Translations under genes and position numbers: made by a program
Assembly: GCF_018977255.1 (NCBI RefSeq)
Contig: NW_024704743.1
Coordinates: 91,824,001 to 91,888,000 of the forward strand
Reading direction: 5' to 3'
DNA from: Callorhinchus milii
Taxonomy: Eukaryota
Length of the DNA stretch: 64,000 nt
Notes under the pieces: generated by a model
Databases searched by the model: none
The model's input: the letters and a program-made list of their open reading frames with translations, nothing else
Told to the model about the DNA's origin: nothing
Shown here: piece after piece, positions 26,790-41,299 of the stretch
How positions within the stretch are numbered: the stretch's first letter is position 1
How the letters are laid out: each line of letters begins with the position of its first letter

Positions 26790-27250
26790 TGGCATGGGAA
26801 CATTTCGATAGAGTGATCATTGGATTTGACACTTTGATGAAGATTTATATTAACAGGAACAAAACTAAAAGAGGTAGATTTTAATGCTATGAAGGAGGAA
26901 TCAGGAGAAATGGAATTAGAAGCATTGAGTCAAAAGAGATCCGAGGAAACATTGAGCCGTCATTTAAACCACCTGAATAACGAGATAAAGAAAATCATAA
27001 GAAATATATGAAGAACAAGCCTTTTAAGTAATGCAAGAAACTAGGAAGAGAAAGTGATCAAGTTAAATATAAAATTGGTTGACGATTGTTAAAGTGGAAA
27101 TTAAAAGATTTAAAAAGAAACATATCTGTTTTGGCAAACATTTGGGGAACCGAGGTAGAACATGGTGAGAAAACAGGAAAGGCCATTAAGAATCTAAGGG
27201 GCCTGAAAGTAAATAAAGAATAGACATGATAATATAGACCTGGGAGATTA
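26790..27250 (+). mobile_element. Very old CR1 ORF2 fragment (end of endonuclease plus linker)
   Basis: gaacatttcgatagagtgatcat (EH...SDH-like) followed by VDFNAMKEE, resembling the CR1 ADF..MR.EL motif. Confidence 0.5.
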
Positions 27251-28849
27251 AAGTTAACATGGGGGGAGAAGAGCTTTGATGGCAACTGAATTAGTTTGTA
27301 AGAACAAGCAAGATATTTATAGAATGTCGTATAGAATACATATAAACGTCGTATAAAAGGTAGCCAACATGAAATTGATGTAGCTAACACTCTCTGGTTC
27401 AAAGAGTTTGGAGTGGCTGCATAGCTTGGCTAATGATTGGAAAGTAACGGTTAATGTGAATATGCTTAGAGCTGGAAACGTATCAAATTGAATTGAACTG
27501 TGAAATGCTGTACCTTACAGGATTTGTTAGTAGTTGAAGATATCTTTGTAAACTCAATGTGAGACACTGTGCAGGCAAACTGAATTTTACAAAGCATTGC
27601 AATCATCCAGTGTAAAATATTTTCCATTAACCCTATGATACATTAATCAGGTCACGTTCAGAACAAGATTTCTCTCCTGGTCAAACCACAAGAGTGATTC
27701 CCTGAAGATCTGTGAATTTGCTAACTTTGGTGGTATGAATTTATAATAGGAAGATATATTGTCCCAGAAAAAAATGGTTTATCTAGTTAGTAACAGACCA
27801 TAGATATATAGATGCTTCTTGACCTGTGTATTGAAGTTTAGCTGGATCCAGAGGTTGAAGCCATTATTGATGACTTTATCAGTGATATTGAACTATAAAT
27901 TTCCATGGGATTAAATTGCTCCCGGCAATATTTCCCAACGCTGGCAGCATCAGTCAGTCTGCTTTGAATGAATGATTTTAACCAAACTGTGGCAGAAGGA
28001 GTTAGATAAGATTAGAAATGCCAGTCATGGCACTGTATGCATGTGCTGAAGACATTTTGATGCAACAAAGGCAAAAAAACAACTTTAAATATTTTACTTT
28101 ATTAAGCCCGTACATTGGCGGCATACATATTTTAAATGGAGGTTTTTGGATAAGGCAACCAACTCCTTGATGTATCTCATTGAAAATAATTTATTCTGGT
28201 ACTGGTTCTACAACTGAATTTGTTTATCAACACTTTGCTGTTGCACAAGCTGTCAAGATTCAACTTGTGTCACGTTTTAATGAGCATCCTCAGTGCCCTG
28301 TCATATTTTCAGGAATCAAGTATAAGAGGGAAATGAATAATAAATAGGCTCTTACAAAGTTAGTTAGATAGGATGGTCTGACTTTTCAGTGTTTGCTTCT
28401 TTTAACAGCATTGTAGGGCCAATGAACAATTATCTATGTTTAGAGTTAGTCGCAGAATTGTTACCTCTCAGAAGCTACAATTAAACCTTAACAGAGAAGG
28501 GAGGAAAAAGATCAACTTATCTTGTTAAGGCTTTGTTGAAAGCCAATAAGGAGGGGTTTGTGCAGCATGATGCAGCTTACAAGGCACATCAAAAAAGTGG
28601 ATATTCCAAGACTGGATATCCCAGACTTGGAGTTAACACCCTTTACAAAGAGAATGATTTTGAAGTATCACCACAGCGGTGAGAGAAATGCTTACAGCAA
28701 ACAAGAAAATGCAAAACTACATGAAATGTCATCACTTCCCCACACAGATTCATGTCCGAAAGCACTAGTGGGGCAGCTATTGGTGGATATATCACAGTGA
28801 TTTGTTTTGTTAGCCAGGGTCTGACACATGAGGAAACTAATCATCGCTC

Positions 28850-29130
28850 TTAAGAGTATCCAGAAGAAATTTTGCTGTATCTGGAACGGATGCACCCTGC
28901 TTACCTAATTACCAACTAAAACCAGCTAAAACCTCATGTCTTGCCATTGAGAACATTGTGAAGCAAGCTTCCCACTGGTTGTCCAGCTGGGACCTCCTTA
29001 CCCATTGGGGTATTAGCTTGCGGAGTTAACTGGAACTGAGTGGGAAAAATCCCGGCTGCCAGTCTGCCCCTCCAAGCCCTGTTGATGAACTAGACTGATT
29101 GATGTATTGTGAGAATGACCCACAAAGGCA
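28850..29130. repeat. Unclassified dispersed repeat, copy 2 of 3
   Basis: Same orientation as, and similar to, ~3540-3830. Confidence 0.65.
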
Positions 29131-30636
29131 GAACACAAGGCAAGAAATGGATCTACTTTAATAGTCTGAGCAGATAGCGATCAAAGAGGCTGAAGCAGAG
29201 GTGTTAACTGCTGCATGAAATATTGCAAGTATCGCTCAATGTAAGGACAGCACTATCACAGACAACCAAGGTTACCCATTCCCTCCCAAGTGGATTTGGG
29301 CTGTTTCTAGACCTTGCAAGGGATTTGAAGGGCAATGGGTTTTTGAGTCTTATTGTTGTGGGCTCTTTTATGGCTGTGATGACATGGGAGGAGTGGGGTG
29401 GAGTAGATTGAGGCCCCAGAAAGCGGGTTCACTTCACCTTGTATTTATCCAGCTTCAGGCACAGTCATTCAAAGAGATAAAATAACAATGGAGACCTATA
29501 TTTAGAAATGACATTTTTCCTGCAAGCATTTTTTAAGACCATGGTTCACCCAGGAGATCATAGCTTTCCATGAAATCTCCAAAGGTCTTTTAATATATTC
29601 AGCTTTTTAATTTGACCATGAGTTGAAACCCACAAGTGGAAAAACATCACATTTATACAAACGTATTTCCAAGAGCCATACTGTCCTTATTTTCCCATTG
29701 ATCTCAGTGGAATTATTTCTATTACTTTATACCTTTACCAAAGTGCATGAGAACTCAGCTCAGTTAAGACGTGTTGCTTGTTTTTAAGCCCAGCTAGAAA
29801 AAGATCTATCCTGTATCCTCGAAAATAATGATCAGAAACCAATGCATTAAATATTCTATGGCAGAAGATACGAGTATTCATCAATGAAACAAGGGCTGCT
29901 CGATGAGATTAAAGACTCGTGAAAACATTTGCTGTAATTATCTGTTTGGTGTCTCTGATACAACCAGCCATATTGCTCATCTGCATTTAAACAGCATTCA
30001 TAAAGACCAAATTTCTGTTCCCCTCATACCACTAAATTCACTTTAATCTAGAGATAGATTACTGCAGGATGAATTAGGGTGCGACGACAGGAAGAATAAT
30101 CATCAAACGTTCACAGGAAAGCTCTTCTGCATGAATAAACTGGACTATCTGGTAACCTCCTCTGTGATTTTTAACAAAAGCATCTTTCCAGCTAATGCTC
30201 CCAGCACCCACTATCAACTTGGAGTGCAAATTCATGAAACCTGAATCATAAACCTTCGCAGTCCAGGAAAAAGTCTTACTTGGTACTCTATTTTTTTTCT
30301 CAAAAGAGGTTAGGATAGAAAGCTGTAGAGATGGGATTGAAGATATAGGGATAAATTTGGAAGCTTAAACAGATGGATGCTGGATTCTCTGGGGATCAGG
30401 GAGTCCATATACAGAACTTTTCCACAGACAATGGGACAGATGGGGGTGAAGGTCAAAACAGAGTGGAACAGATTGGAATTCTTTGAGAAAACTTCCTTTG
30501 AGCAACAGCGTTCCTCATGTTTGATAATGTCAGCACTGATGAGTTTCCCATGATTGCTTATTGGAATGTTTAGCCATTTTAGTCCTACTCAAAACTGTCT
30601 TTCACATGCTTTCCCAGCACTGTTTGTAATTTCAGA

Positions 30637-30905
30637 TAATAATAATAATCCTTGCATTTGATATGGCGCTTTTCATGACTTCTAGACGTCTCAAAGCACT
30701 TCACAGAATACATCGCAAAGTGAATTGACTGTATATTTGTGGGCGAAACGCGGCAGCCAATTGCGCACAGCAGTGTCCCACAAACAGTCGTGGATTAAGT
30801 GACCAAATTACTATTTATTTATTTAATTTTCTTGAGGGATTATTATCAGGCATGTGGAGTAAGGAAACTTGCCCAAGGTTTTGTCCTGCTGGGAATCAAA
30901 CCCAG
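30637..30905 (-). mobile_element. Family A SINE, short subfamily
   Basis: Tail, Deu core, partial head gggaatcaaaccc. Confidence 0.9.
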
Positions 30906-32256
30906 ATTACCACCATTCCTGTTTTTTTTCTTTCAGACGATCTTCTGCCCTTTTTGTGTTTCTGCTTCTCTTTACCATTCCCACTGTAAATGTGCAGGTT
31001 AATAATGACATGGGGTTAATAATTTACACAGCATGTATTCACTTTATCTGTAATGTTTTCCCTAAAAGACATTTCAGATTGGAACAAAATTGCAATGATA
31101 AAAGCTGTTAAAAGTAATTTTACACAATTGTCGAAATGTCACCTTATCACAATTTTTCTATTGCAAACATAAATATTAACAAAATTCAAACAAAGTTCGA
31201 AGCATCGAAGAGTAAGAACCAAGCCTCCAGCATTGCTCCTTTCCCCTTGGTATCAGATTGGTGGAACTATCTGCTTATATTTTCAGAGAAACCAATTAGT
31301 TTACCTATAGCAGAGTTCAGAAACATTGTTCAGTCATTGACTGATCATTTTGTTCAAGATGTTGTCATTTGAGTGTCCAACAATACAATAAATCAGCCTC
31401 TCTCATCTCTCTTGTTGACTGCCGGGATCTGACAAGGACTTCCTTTCACCTTGGAAAACTACAAATTGAGTTTCACCTCAACGTGCTCTTTGAGAATAAA
31501 ACTGGGCACTAATATGCCCTTCTGAGAGATGCAGACCCATCCTTTCTGTCTTTCATGATGGATGATGGTTTAAAAAAAAAGATGCCTCTGTGACTTGTTT
31601 TTTTTAAGGCTCAAAAACGCAATGATGCCTGTATTGAACACTCTTGTTGCAATCGTTTTTTTTCAATGTGCTGTTATTATGGAGTTTTGAGGGTAAATTC
31701 ATTTTTAAATGCGGCTGCAGTTTTCTAGTCATTTATCGTCAGGAGAGATTCGAGCATTGTTTGTAAAACCTGCAATTCCATCTCAAATTGGCCTTTTGGA
31801 ATTGTCTCTTAAAAAAACGGATAACTAACCCTTGGCAAGAAAGAGACATTTTACAGAAGCACAATTAACTGATCACATTGAATTAGAAAATGTGTGAATG
31901 TCTTTTTTTCAAACATGTTCTTCAAATAAAAAAAAGCAATATAGCTTCACAATAGTTGGCAGTTTGCTATTTGAAGTTGAGCTTCAAAGAATACAAAATT
32001 TAGAACTTACAACAAAGGTTTAATAGTCAAAACACAATGCAATACAATTTGCATTTATATAAAGCCTTTCACATCTTAAAGAGCTTATGATTGCTGGCTA
32101 GGCACCCCAGTTGGGAATGGAAGGCCAAGGAGGTGGAGAAGTGATTAGTAACTGAAAACACAGTTAAAGAGGTAGGTCCTCTGGCCACTACTAGCTGATG
32201 TCATCAACCAGTCCCTCTCCTCTGGATCAGACCCTGCCCCCTTCAAAACTGCTGTC

Positions 32257-32470
32257 ATAATAATAATAATCCTTGCATTTGATATAGCGCTTTTCACGTC
32301 TTCGATACGTCTCAAAGCGCTTCACAGAATATACTGTAAAGTGAATTGACTGTATATTTGTGGGCAAAACGCGGCAGCCAATTGCGCACAGCAGTGTCCC
32401 ACAAACAGTATTGGATTGAGTGACCAATTTACTATTGTTTTATTCTCTTGAGGGATTATTATCAGGTGTG
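32257..32470 (-). mobile_element. Family A SINE, short subfamily, 5'-truncated
   Basis: Tail and Deu core. Confidence 0.9.
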
Positions 32471-32589
32471 GTTTAAGAAGTGCACTATTCATTTTGCACT
32501 AAATTAGATTTGCTATGACACACCCCTAAAATGACCCAGTAAAACATTTTTTAAACTTGTTGAACGTATTCTATGTTGTGTATTACATG

Positions 32590-34034
32590 GTCATCACCCT
32601 CTTCCTCAAAAAACCTTCCCTAGATCCCTCAAACCCTAGCCACTATCGCCCTATTTCAAACCTGCCCTTCCTTGCAAAAGTCCTAGAACGTGCTGTTGCC
32701 AATCAACTTCACACACACCTCTCCTCCCACTTTGAACCCCTCCAGTCTGGTTTCCGCCCTGCCCACAGTACAGAGACTGCACTTGTGAAAGTCACAAATG
32801 ACATCATCTCTTGCTGTGACCAGGTCTCCCTCTGCCTCCTTGTCCTCCTGGACCTTTCCGCCACGTTCGACACAGTCAATCACGCCATCCTCCTCCACCG
32901 CCTTTCCTCCGTCATCCACCTCAGTGGGACCGCACTCGCTTGGTTCGAGTCCTACCTCATGAACCGCCAGCAGTACATTTGCACCAACGGCTTTTCCTCC
33001 CGCTCTCACCCGGTTACCTGTGGGGTACCCCAAAGATCCATCCTTGGCCCCCTCCTCTTTCTGATCTATATATTCCCTCTTGGAGATGTCATCCGCAGAC
33101 ATGGAGTACACTTCTATATATATATGGACAACACCCAACTCTATTTTTCCACCTCACTTTGGGACCCCCAGTCCCCTGATGTTCTGTCAGCCTGCCTGTC
33201 AGACCTCAGGAGCTGGATGTGCGCAAATGTCCTTCAGTTGAAGGTTGACAAGACAGATGCCATACTCTTTGGCTCTCGTCAACGTCTAAAATCACACAGT
33301 TCTCACTTCTTCCACCTATCTGACCTCCCCCTAAAATGTTCTGAACCCGTACGCAACCTCGGCATTAGGTTCGATCCCCAATTATCCTTCCTCCCCCACA
33401 TCCGGTCCCTCACCAGTACCGCTTCCTTCCACCTCCGACACATTGCCCGTCTCTGCCAATACCTCACTCCAAAAGCTGCTGAAACCGTGGTCCATGCCTT
33501 TGTCACCTCTCAGCTGGATGGTCTCCCCTCCACTACCTTCCATAAAATCTCAGTCATACAAAACTCTGCCACCCACATTCTTGCCCGCACCAAACTCTGC
33601 TCCCCAATTACCCCAGTTCTTGCCAGAGAGGATCGACTTTAAGATCCTCACCTTTGTCTTCAAATCCCTCCACTCCTCTGCACCCTCCTATCTCTCTGAC
33701 CTCCTGTCTCCTCACAACAGTGCCCATTGCCTTCGCTCCACCAGGACTGGCCTCCTCCTTGTCCCCCGAGTCCTCCGCTCCACCATCGGCGGCCGTGCCT
33801 TCAGACACTACGCCCTAAGGCTCTGGAACTCCCTTCCTCACTCCCTTCACCTCGCCCCTTCCCTTCCGACTTTCAGGTCTCAGCTGAAGACCTTTCTTTT
33901 CGACCGTGCCTTTGGTCACCTTCTTCCCCCTCCCCCTGGCTTGGCCCCGGGATCCATTACTGTGAAGTGAAGTGCTCTGAGACGCCGTCTGGCGTGGAGG
34001 GTGCTATATAAACTGATGTTGGTGTTGTTGTTGT
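32590..34034 (+). mobile_element. L2 LINE, 5'-truncated, RT region largely open
   Basis: ORFs 32557-33642 and 33443-33970: YRPISNLPFLAKVLER, QSGFRPAHSTETAL, LLDLSATFDTV, GVPQRSILGP, YMDN (degenerate YADD), RIDFKIL, LWNSLP, KTFLFDRAF; (TTG)n tail. Confidence 0.95.
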
Positions 34035-34984
34035 CTTCAGAAACTATATGCCAGACAGGAGAGGGATTGAATGGTTTCCAATTGATTCTCATCCCTGGCA
34101 CTTTTCAGTTTAATGTTATCCTGGCTGGTGGATATTCGCCAGCTTTATATTTCCCTTGACAGTCTTTCTGCTCATTGATTCAAAATAAAATTACAGACTA
34201 TTTCTGCTGATACACATAAACATTGTATTGTTTCAAATATTTCCTGCAGTGAACCTGAGGAAGGAATCTAAGATATTTCCAAAGTTTACTGTGTAACTAC
34301 TGTATTAGCGTAACTGAGGAATTCATACGGTAATGGTTCAGTTTATTTTGCATCATGTGATGAATATTGCAATAGTTTTTGAAATTGTTTGACTTTAACT
34401 GAGCTATCCGATCCTTTGACCTGTAGATTACCTTCTCTTCAGACAAACCCATACATAAATGAAAGCTTGAAACAGTTCTCCAGAAGAAAATCCCCCATCT
34501 ACCCATTTGTCACTGTTTCATGAGCTGATTGCTTAAGGATATCAACATCCAAGAATCAAACCTACTTGCAAACATCTTTTGCTGCATTGGATATTAATGC
34601 TTCATGATGCTTTAGAGAAAAGTGACAAGGATGATACTGGGAAATGAGCTCTATGTTACGAGAGATCACAGAAATGAGCTTGTTTTCTTTGGAAGAAATT
34701 GATCAAGAGCAGATATGACCCAGGAAGAGATATAGTGATGGCAATGGGATAATTAGATGTTAACATGGATGTTGACAAAATATTTATTGGGAAAATAGCA
34801 TAAACGGTACCTCAATTTTGGAACAAAAGCCTCAGGCCATATAGTCTACACAGAACCCTGGCATGACTCCAGGCTGAGGTGAGTTAATTAAACACAGACT
34901 GATGATAACCTGGTTCATCTACTTAATTAACACTGAGCCATCGGGGGAGCTGTCTGAAAAAAATGTTTCTTCCACAAAATTGGA

Positions 34985-35470
34985 GATATATGGAGGAGTA
35001 AATATTGGATGAGATGTACTGATGGTAATGGAACGTTGAAGTGTACAACTGAGAGGAATAGGAGAAGATCAGTTGGTCAGAACATAAGTGGTCTTGGAAT
35101 CAAGGGTAGAGGCAGGCAGATAGAGTTTGGTATCATCCATGTATATATGGAAATAGACCTCATGTCAAAAAATGACGTCACCAGAGGGAGCATGTAAATA
35201 GTAAAAAGACAGGACATGAATAGAGTACCAAGGAACGCTGCCAGTGGCTGCTCAAAGGCTGGAAGAGAAACACTTGGAGCACACAAAGTGCTGGGATAGG
35301 TGAATGTGAAATCAGGAAAGGACAGAGAACATTGGAGATAGAGCAGGAAGGAGAAATACTGGAGTGGGTAGTGGTATCAAAGGAATTGGCGGGAGAACAA
35401 GAAGCAAAGTTGGAAGGCAATGACACATTCCAGCACCTAGGAAAGGAAGGGCAGGTTGGTAGCTAGAGAA
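34985..35470 (-). mobile_element. Old L2 RT fragment
   Basis: Reverse strand gives frameshifted IYMLPL.. and YMDDTKLYL motifs. Confidence 0.7.
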
Positions 35471-36520
35471 TGTGAAGAGGTCCAGTAAGGGTTTGTTGGG
35501 GGGTGGGGGGGGGAGAGGGTGGATGATGACAGTTTTGAAAGTGGAAGTTATTTTGCCAATGGGGAAGGAGAATCTATGAATTTAGATAAAGAACTCAAAT
35601 TTAAGATTGGGGGAAGTTTGATTGAGAGAATAGCGAGATGTCCATTTGGACCACTTAACATAGACACACAGAACTTTCATTTTCACCATTATAGTTGTTT
35701 TTGGTAGAGTTATGGTAAAATACTGCAAAATGCTGCAATAGCTCTGGGAAAATTAACACATTTTCGAGATAAAAATAGCTGCTTTTTTCCATTCTCTCTT
35801 CTCCCAGGCCAATTTATCTTGCATGAAACACAATATGTAAGCTCATTGTTCTATTTGCACTGGAAGCGTTGCCTGGGAGTGACACACACCAAGCTGTTGT
35901 ACAAAATAATTTAGTGACACAGCAGGAGCGAAAGAGAGAGAACGAATTAGCTTAAAGCCGTATTATCCTCTTTTAGCTATGGTACACAGAACAATTTCAC
36001 ACATTGAAATGGTATTACAAAAATCCTTCCCTGAACATCAATTTAGCTCTCTGAAATGTTGTAATCACTTCTGACATTTTCTACTGTGTAGCTGAAGAAA
36101 ATCAACAAAAAAACCTGCAGTATTCATCAACCACGCTTTTACTCAGGCGCAATAACAATTGCTCATCATAAATACATTATATTTTTCTATTAGATGCAAG
36201 AGAACTTTACAATGTGGATTCTACATATTACTCTGTGTCAGATGTAGCGTTGTGGGCTGAAATTGCATATCACCTTTGGTAATGTTGACAACTAATGGGA
36301 TTTTCCTTTTGTAATTATACATTACATTCAGCACCTTGGGACATCCTCCTGACGTGAAAGGCGCTATACAAATATAATCTTGTTGTTGTTGTTATACATC
36401 ACAAAGGTATTCTGATAGGATTTTCTACCCACTGGTGCTCAGGAGGGTTTAAATCTAACATGGATTGCTTTCCGAAAAGAATATCACTTCTTCCTTTTCA
36501 TTACTGAGTGGAGTCATGAT

Positions 36521-36899
36521 GTCCCGTAGTGTAGTAGTTAGAGGACTTGCCTTACAAGCAAGAGGACCATGGTTCAATTCCCGGACAGGGTGAAACTTAG
36601 ACAAGTTTCCTTACTCCACACGCCTGTTTACCTAGGAATAAGTAGGAACTCGGTTGTTAAGTCAATTGGGAGGTCATTTTCTGGGGTTAATAATCCCTCC
36701 CAATACATACATTATTTGGTCAGTCAATCCACGACGGTTTGTGGGATATTGCTGTGCGCAATTGGCTGCTGTGTTTCACCCACAAAATATACAGTCAATT
36801 CACTTTACAGTATATTCTGTGAAGTGCTTTGGGACGTCTATAAGACGTGAAAAGCGCTATATCAAATGCAAGGATTATTCTTATTATTATTTATTATTA
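36521..36899 (+). mobile_element. Family A SINE, long subfamily, full length
   Basis: Head with B box ggttcaattcc, long central segment, Deu core, (TTA)n tail. Confidence 0.9.
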
Positions 36900-37124
36900 C
36901 TTCAGTGCCTCCTCTCAAATCAATGGAAACTGAATCAGGTTCAGCCATAAATAACAAGGGTTAATGGCTGCAAGGAAGCAGAATGGAAGAGAGTCAAAAG
37001 TAAATTGGATAGTGTTGAACCATGCAAGAAAAAGGATAAAAAAAAGCATACTGAAGGCTGGAAGTTTGGGCTGTAAGTAGTTACATTAGGAGGAATACGC
37101 AACCATACTGTTATAGACAGTAAT

Positions 37125-37300
37125 AATATAATAATCATCCTTGCATTTGATTTAGTTGTTGAGACATCTCAAAGCACTTCACAGAGTATATAATAATATA
37201 TATGTGGGTGTGTCCCACAAACAGTCCTAGATTGAAGTGACAATTTATTATTGTTTTTTTTTCTTGAGGGATTATTATCAAGAGGGTGTAGTAAGGAAAC
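37125..37300 (-). mobile_element. Family A SINE, internally deleted
   Basis: Tail plus gtgtcccacaaacagtc..gtaaggaaact. Confidence 0.8.
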
Positions 37301-38442
37301 TTAAGTTTCATTAAAGTAAGTTCCATTCTAAGTTAGGTGAGATATCTGAAAAATAACAAGAGAGGCAGCCTGAAACACAATGAATGCCTTTTCTTTAAAA
37401 ATGACCTGAAAATTAACTGATGAGAAAATGATGAATATATGCAAGAGATGGAAAAAGATTCTCTTATACTACTTCTATGTAGCTGTTGCAATATTAATAC
37501 CAGATGCAAGCATGACTTAAAATGAATATGCATTGGCTAAATATAGCGGGCAGCATTTGTTTTACTTTGGCACACTTGTCCAAACAGTGTAAAGTCACTT
37601 GGTGCAGTGACCATCACCGTAATGCAATTTAAACACTAAGGATATCATATGACACAGTATTTGACCTGGTTTAACATATAATTTTTGCGCCAACTCTAAG
37701 TGAAAACTGCATTATTAGACACAGTAAAAGCATAACTGTGTCAATAAAGTCAGTGAACTATTTACTGACTATTTCTCACTGTATAATTAGTGTTAACAAG
37801 AGCGCTGTGACTGAACATGAATAATTCTTTACCTGATTGCAACTCACTGTCGTTTCCCATTAAATTATAGTGGAATCTTGTGGGATTACCTTGTAATGTA
37901 AGAATGATAGGCCCAAATTCCACCTAGTCCTAGCCAGTATGACCTTTTCTTTCTTGAAATTTAACCTGCACAGAATTGTGAAAACATCTCAAATTTATTC
38001 TGAATTTGGAAACTTTTTTTTCAAGAAATACAGAAAATTGGCTTCCAAATGAATATTAATAACAACATTTAAGATCATGCAGAATTTAACAAAATCCTTA
38101 AATGACACATTAAGACTGAAGTTAGGGATTTTTCTCAATTTTGCACAATCTTAGTATTAAGACGTATCGGAATAAATGCTTTTGCTGGATGGAAATTCAG
38201 GCCAATTGTGGAGCTAACGTACCTTAAATTCAAAATTCTTAAAATCTTTAAGGATCAAATATGAATTATTCAGACATCCATGAAGAGGTAGCCACCCCAC
38301 ACTATTCTAAATGTCAACATTTGTTAAGACAGGGAATGACATTTGATTGCTGGCTAGTAATAATGTAGTAAAACCTGCAATTATACTAATAAGCAGTCAA
38401 GCAGGAAATCCAATGGCTCAACAACTTGTCGAGCAACGATTT

Positions 38443-38680
38443 ATAATAATAATATAATAATCCTTGCATTTGATATAGTTCCTTGGCATCTCAAAACACT
38501 TCATAGGATATACTGTAGAATGTAGAATATAGTGACTGTGTATTCTGTTGAACACAACAGCCAATTTGTGTTCTACAAACCAACATGAAGTGAATACCTG
38601 ATTTTATTTTGAGGGATTTTTAACCAGGACACTGGGAGAAACTCACTTCTCCCTTTAAATAGTGCCATGGGATCTTTAAT
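38443..38680 (-). mobile_element. Deu-core SINE fragment
   Basis: aatccttgcatttgatatag tail and ccaggacac..gtgccatgggatcttta core. Confidence 0.7.
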
Positions 38681-39231
38681 CTATTAATTAACACAAACAA
38701 AGGTTAAGTGGCATACACTCTATCCCACCAATTCCATTGATAAGGGTTATTCTTTATATTTGGCATAACACCTACATTGAATTTTGTGAAGCTGGTGTAG
38801 TTCACTAAAAATAATCATTGACCTGTAATGTTGCAATTCACATTTGGGAGACAGATTATGTAATTTACTAACACGTGGATTACAAATTTAATAGAAATCA
38901 ATGCAAATTCAGGGTTATCACTGAAGTGACTACTGTATATACAGTGAAAATATTTCAAAGGGTAATTCAGATGGGAGTTTTTACCTCCAATCGTAGGAGG
39001 AATATTGGCTTATTCTGCACTTTTCAAGGCAATTTTTCACTTGTTAAAATTCAAGCTGAGCTAGCAATGTGTAGCATAAAAAGCCTATTATTCAGGATAA
39101 CTGTCTACATTACATTGATCTTCTCAACTTTGCACCAGAACCAAATAGAGAAACATTTTTAAAAACTTTGAAAATGTCAAACATCTGTCTTCAGATGTCT
39201 ATTACTATTTCAAACTTAATGGAGGAATAAC

Positions 39232-39530
39232 GTTGGGCAAGTTTCCTTACTCCACACACCTCTGTTTACCTAACAGTAAGTAAGAACCCAGTTAGTCGAT
39301 AGGCAAATGACTTTTCCTAGGTTAATAATCCCTTCAAAAACAATAATAATAATAGAAACATTTGGTCCCTCAATCCACGATTGTTTGTGGGACACTGCTA
39401 TATACAATTGGCTGCCGCGTTTCGCCCACAAAATATACAGTCAATTTACTTTACAGTTTATCCTGTGAAGAGCTTTAAGGCATCTTGAAGATGTGATAAA
39501 GCGTTATATCAAATACAAGGATTATTATTA
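39232..39530 (+). mobile_element. Family A SINE, long subfamily, head truncated
   Basis: gttgggcaagtttccttactccacac.. through the tail. Confidence 0.9.
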
Positions 39531-40304
39531 ATATAGAATGTAGTTCTTTGACAAATTTTGGAGATGTTGAGATTTTATTTTCTTAAACTTGGATAGGGAG
39601 TGTTTGGATTCTGGAGTCTGCATAATTTTGGCTCACATTAAGAGCCAACAAAGTCATGCATTGGAATAGCATCACTTTTATATTTAAACTCATGGCCTAT
39701 TTCAAAAGTGACTACAATGAAATAGGACAAGGTTGGCAAGGCAACTCAGCCACTGTTGCAGAGTGAATTTTTATTGTGAAGTAATTTGCTTTGGATTTTG
39801 TAGTTTAAAGACTCCTTGTGAGTCACAGGTAAAACCACAAAAGTAAGTGCCAGCTACCATGTAGGCAATAGACAATAATCCTGGATATTAACTGAAGGTA
39901 TATTAAAAGCTAACATGTCATCATCTGTCTTCTGCTCCGTATATATGTTACACATTTTATATAATAGGTTTTGCAATACATCCTTGCTTTCTCCTTTAGG
40001 CCTCTTAACCCATGTGTCTTTCTCCCAGTTGTCTAGAAATCTTCAGTTAGCAAGAAATCCCTAAGTTCCTCTATGTGGGTCTTGGAGAATATTGAGGGAA
40101 TTTATCGTCTGATTTTCTTTCATCTCTGCTCAGGAGCGCCTCTTGGTGGCTCAGTGGAGGAAGGAGGGGGAAGTCAGAGGCAGTGCAGAGAAGAGCAAAA
40201 GGATGATCCCAAGAGTGTAGCCTGCTTTTACAGCTACTCTACAATAGTTTAATAGAATGTTTATAACACAGCACAGAAGGAAGCAGTCAGGTACATTAGG
40301 GGCC

Positions 40305-41295
40305 AGCCTGGCTCAGGTCAGAGCATGCTCATCTTTGAGTCAGAAGGTCGTGAGTTCATGCCCCACATCCAGACTTGGAGCTCACAATCTAGACTGACAT
40401 TCCAATACATTGCTGGGGTTGTGCTGCCTAGTTGGAGGTGCTGTCCTTCAGATGAGACATTAAACCGAGGTCCCATCTGTCTGTTCACATGGAAGTTAAA
40501 GATCCCATGGCTTTATTTGAAAAAGAAGGGAATTTCTCCAAGTGTATAGGAAATCAATAAACAATGCAAACAGGATGCTGATTTGCATTGCTAAATCAAA
40601 TAGGTTTAGATTCCCAGATGTCATACTCAGGCTGTATAATTCTATGGTCAGACTGCATCTAGAACACAGTACACAGTTCAGGTCACTGCTCCATATGGGG
40701 GTTGTTCAGGACCTAGAGGGGGTGCAGAGCAGAGCATTGATACCCAGTATTAGAGTAACAATTAGACAAGCTAGACTCTTCTTGAGAGAAGGTGACTTAG
40801 AGGGGAACTCATAGAAGTGTATAGCATTTTAAATGGGAATGAAAAAGTACCAAACAATACTTTAGGACGCACCAAAACAGTGGAACAAGGGAACATAGGT
40901 TTTGAGTTGCAAAGGGCAATTTCAGAACAGATGCTAGGATGCTTTTGTTTATTCAGAGGGTAATTAATGACTGGAACAGGGTGCCAGGAACAGTAGTTGA
41001 GGCCAAGATACAGAATACATTGGAAAAACAGCTTGAGGCTGTGATGGAAGGATGGTAGGGTGAATAATGGGAGGATGAGGTAAGAAGGGCCAAAGGGCCT
41101 TCTTCATCTGACCAATTTTGTGATCTTGTGAACCATCCTCTAGATAAAAGTGGTCATTCACTTCCTAGCTGTTCTGGGACATTGCTCTGCACAAATCGTC
41201 TGATGTGTTTGCCTACATATTCACAGTTACTACACTTTACAGTACATTTTGTGCAGTGCTTTAGAGGTCTTAGCAATCTTTAAGACACTATCGTA
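40305..41295 (+). mobile_element. Family B SINE split by a CR1 insertion (5' part ~40305-40543, 3' part ~41131-41295)
   Basis: Head and core precede the CR1; tggtcattcac..gggacattgct..cactttacag resumes after the CR1 tail. Confidence 0.75.
40545..41130 (+). mobile_element. CR1 LINE 3' fragment
   Basis: ANRML.CI...VILRLYNSMVRLHLEHSTQF...LEGVQSRA; tail ttttgtgatcttgtga. Confidence 0.85.
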
Positions 41296-41299
41296 TGCA

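Noticed and set aside
32557..33642. Active L2 reverse transcriptase gene
   Set aside because: 5'-truncated with no endonuclease, YADD degenerated to YMDN, and a frameshift near 33620
35808..35836. Second small exon candidate
   Set aside because: Good acceptor but weak donor (TAT|gtaagc) and 29 nt is not frame-preserving
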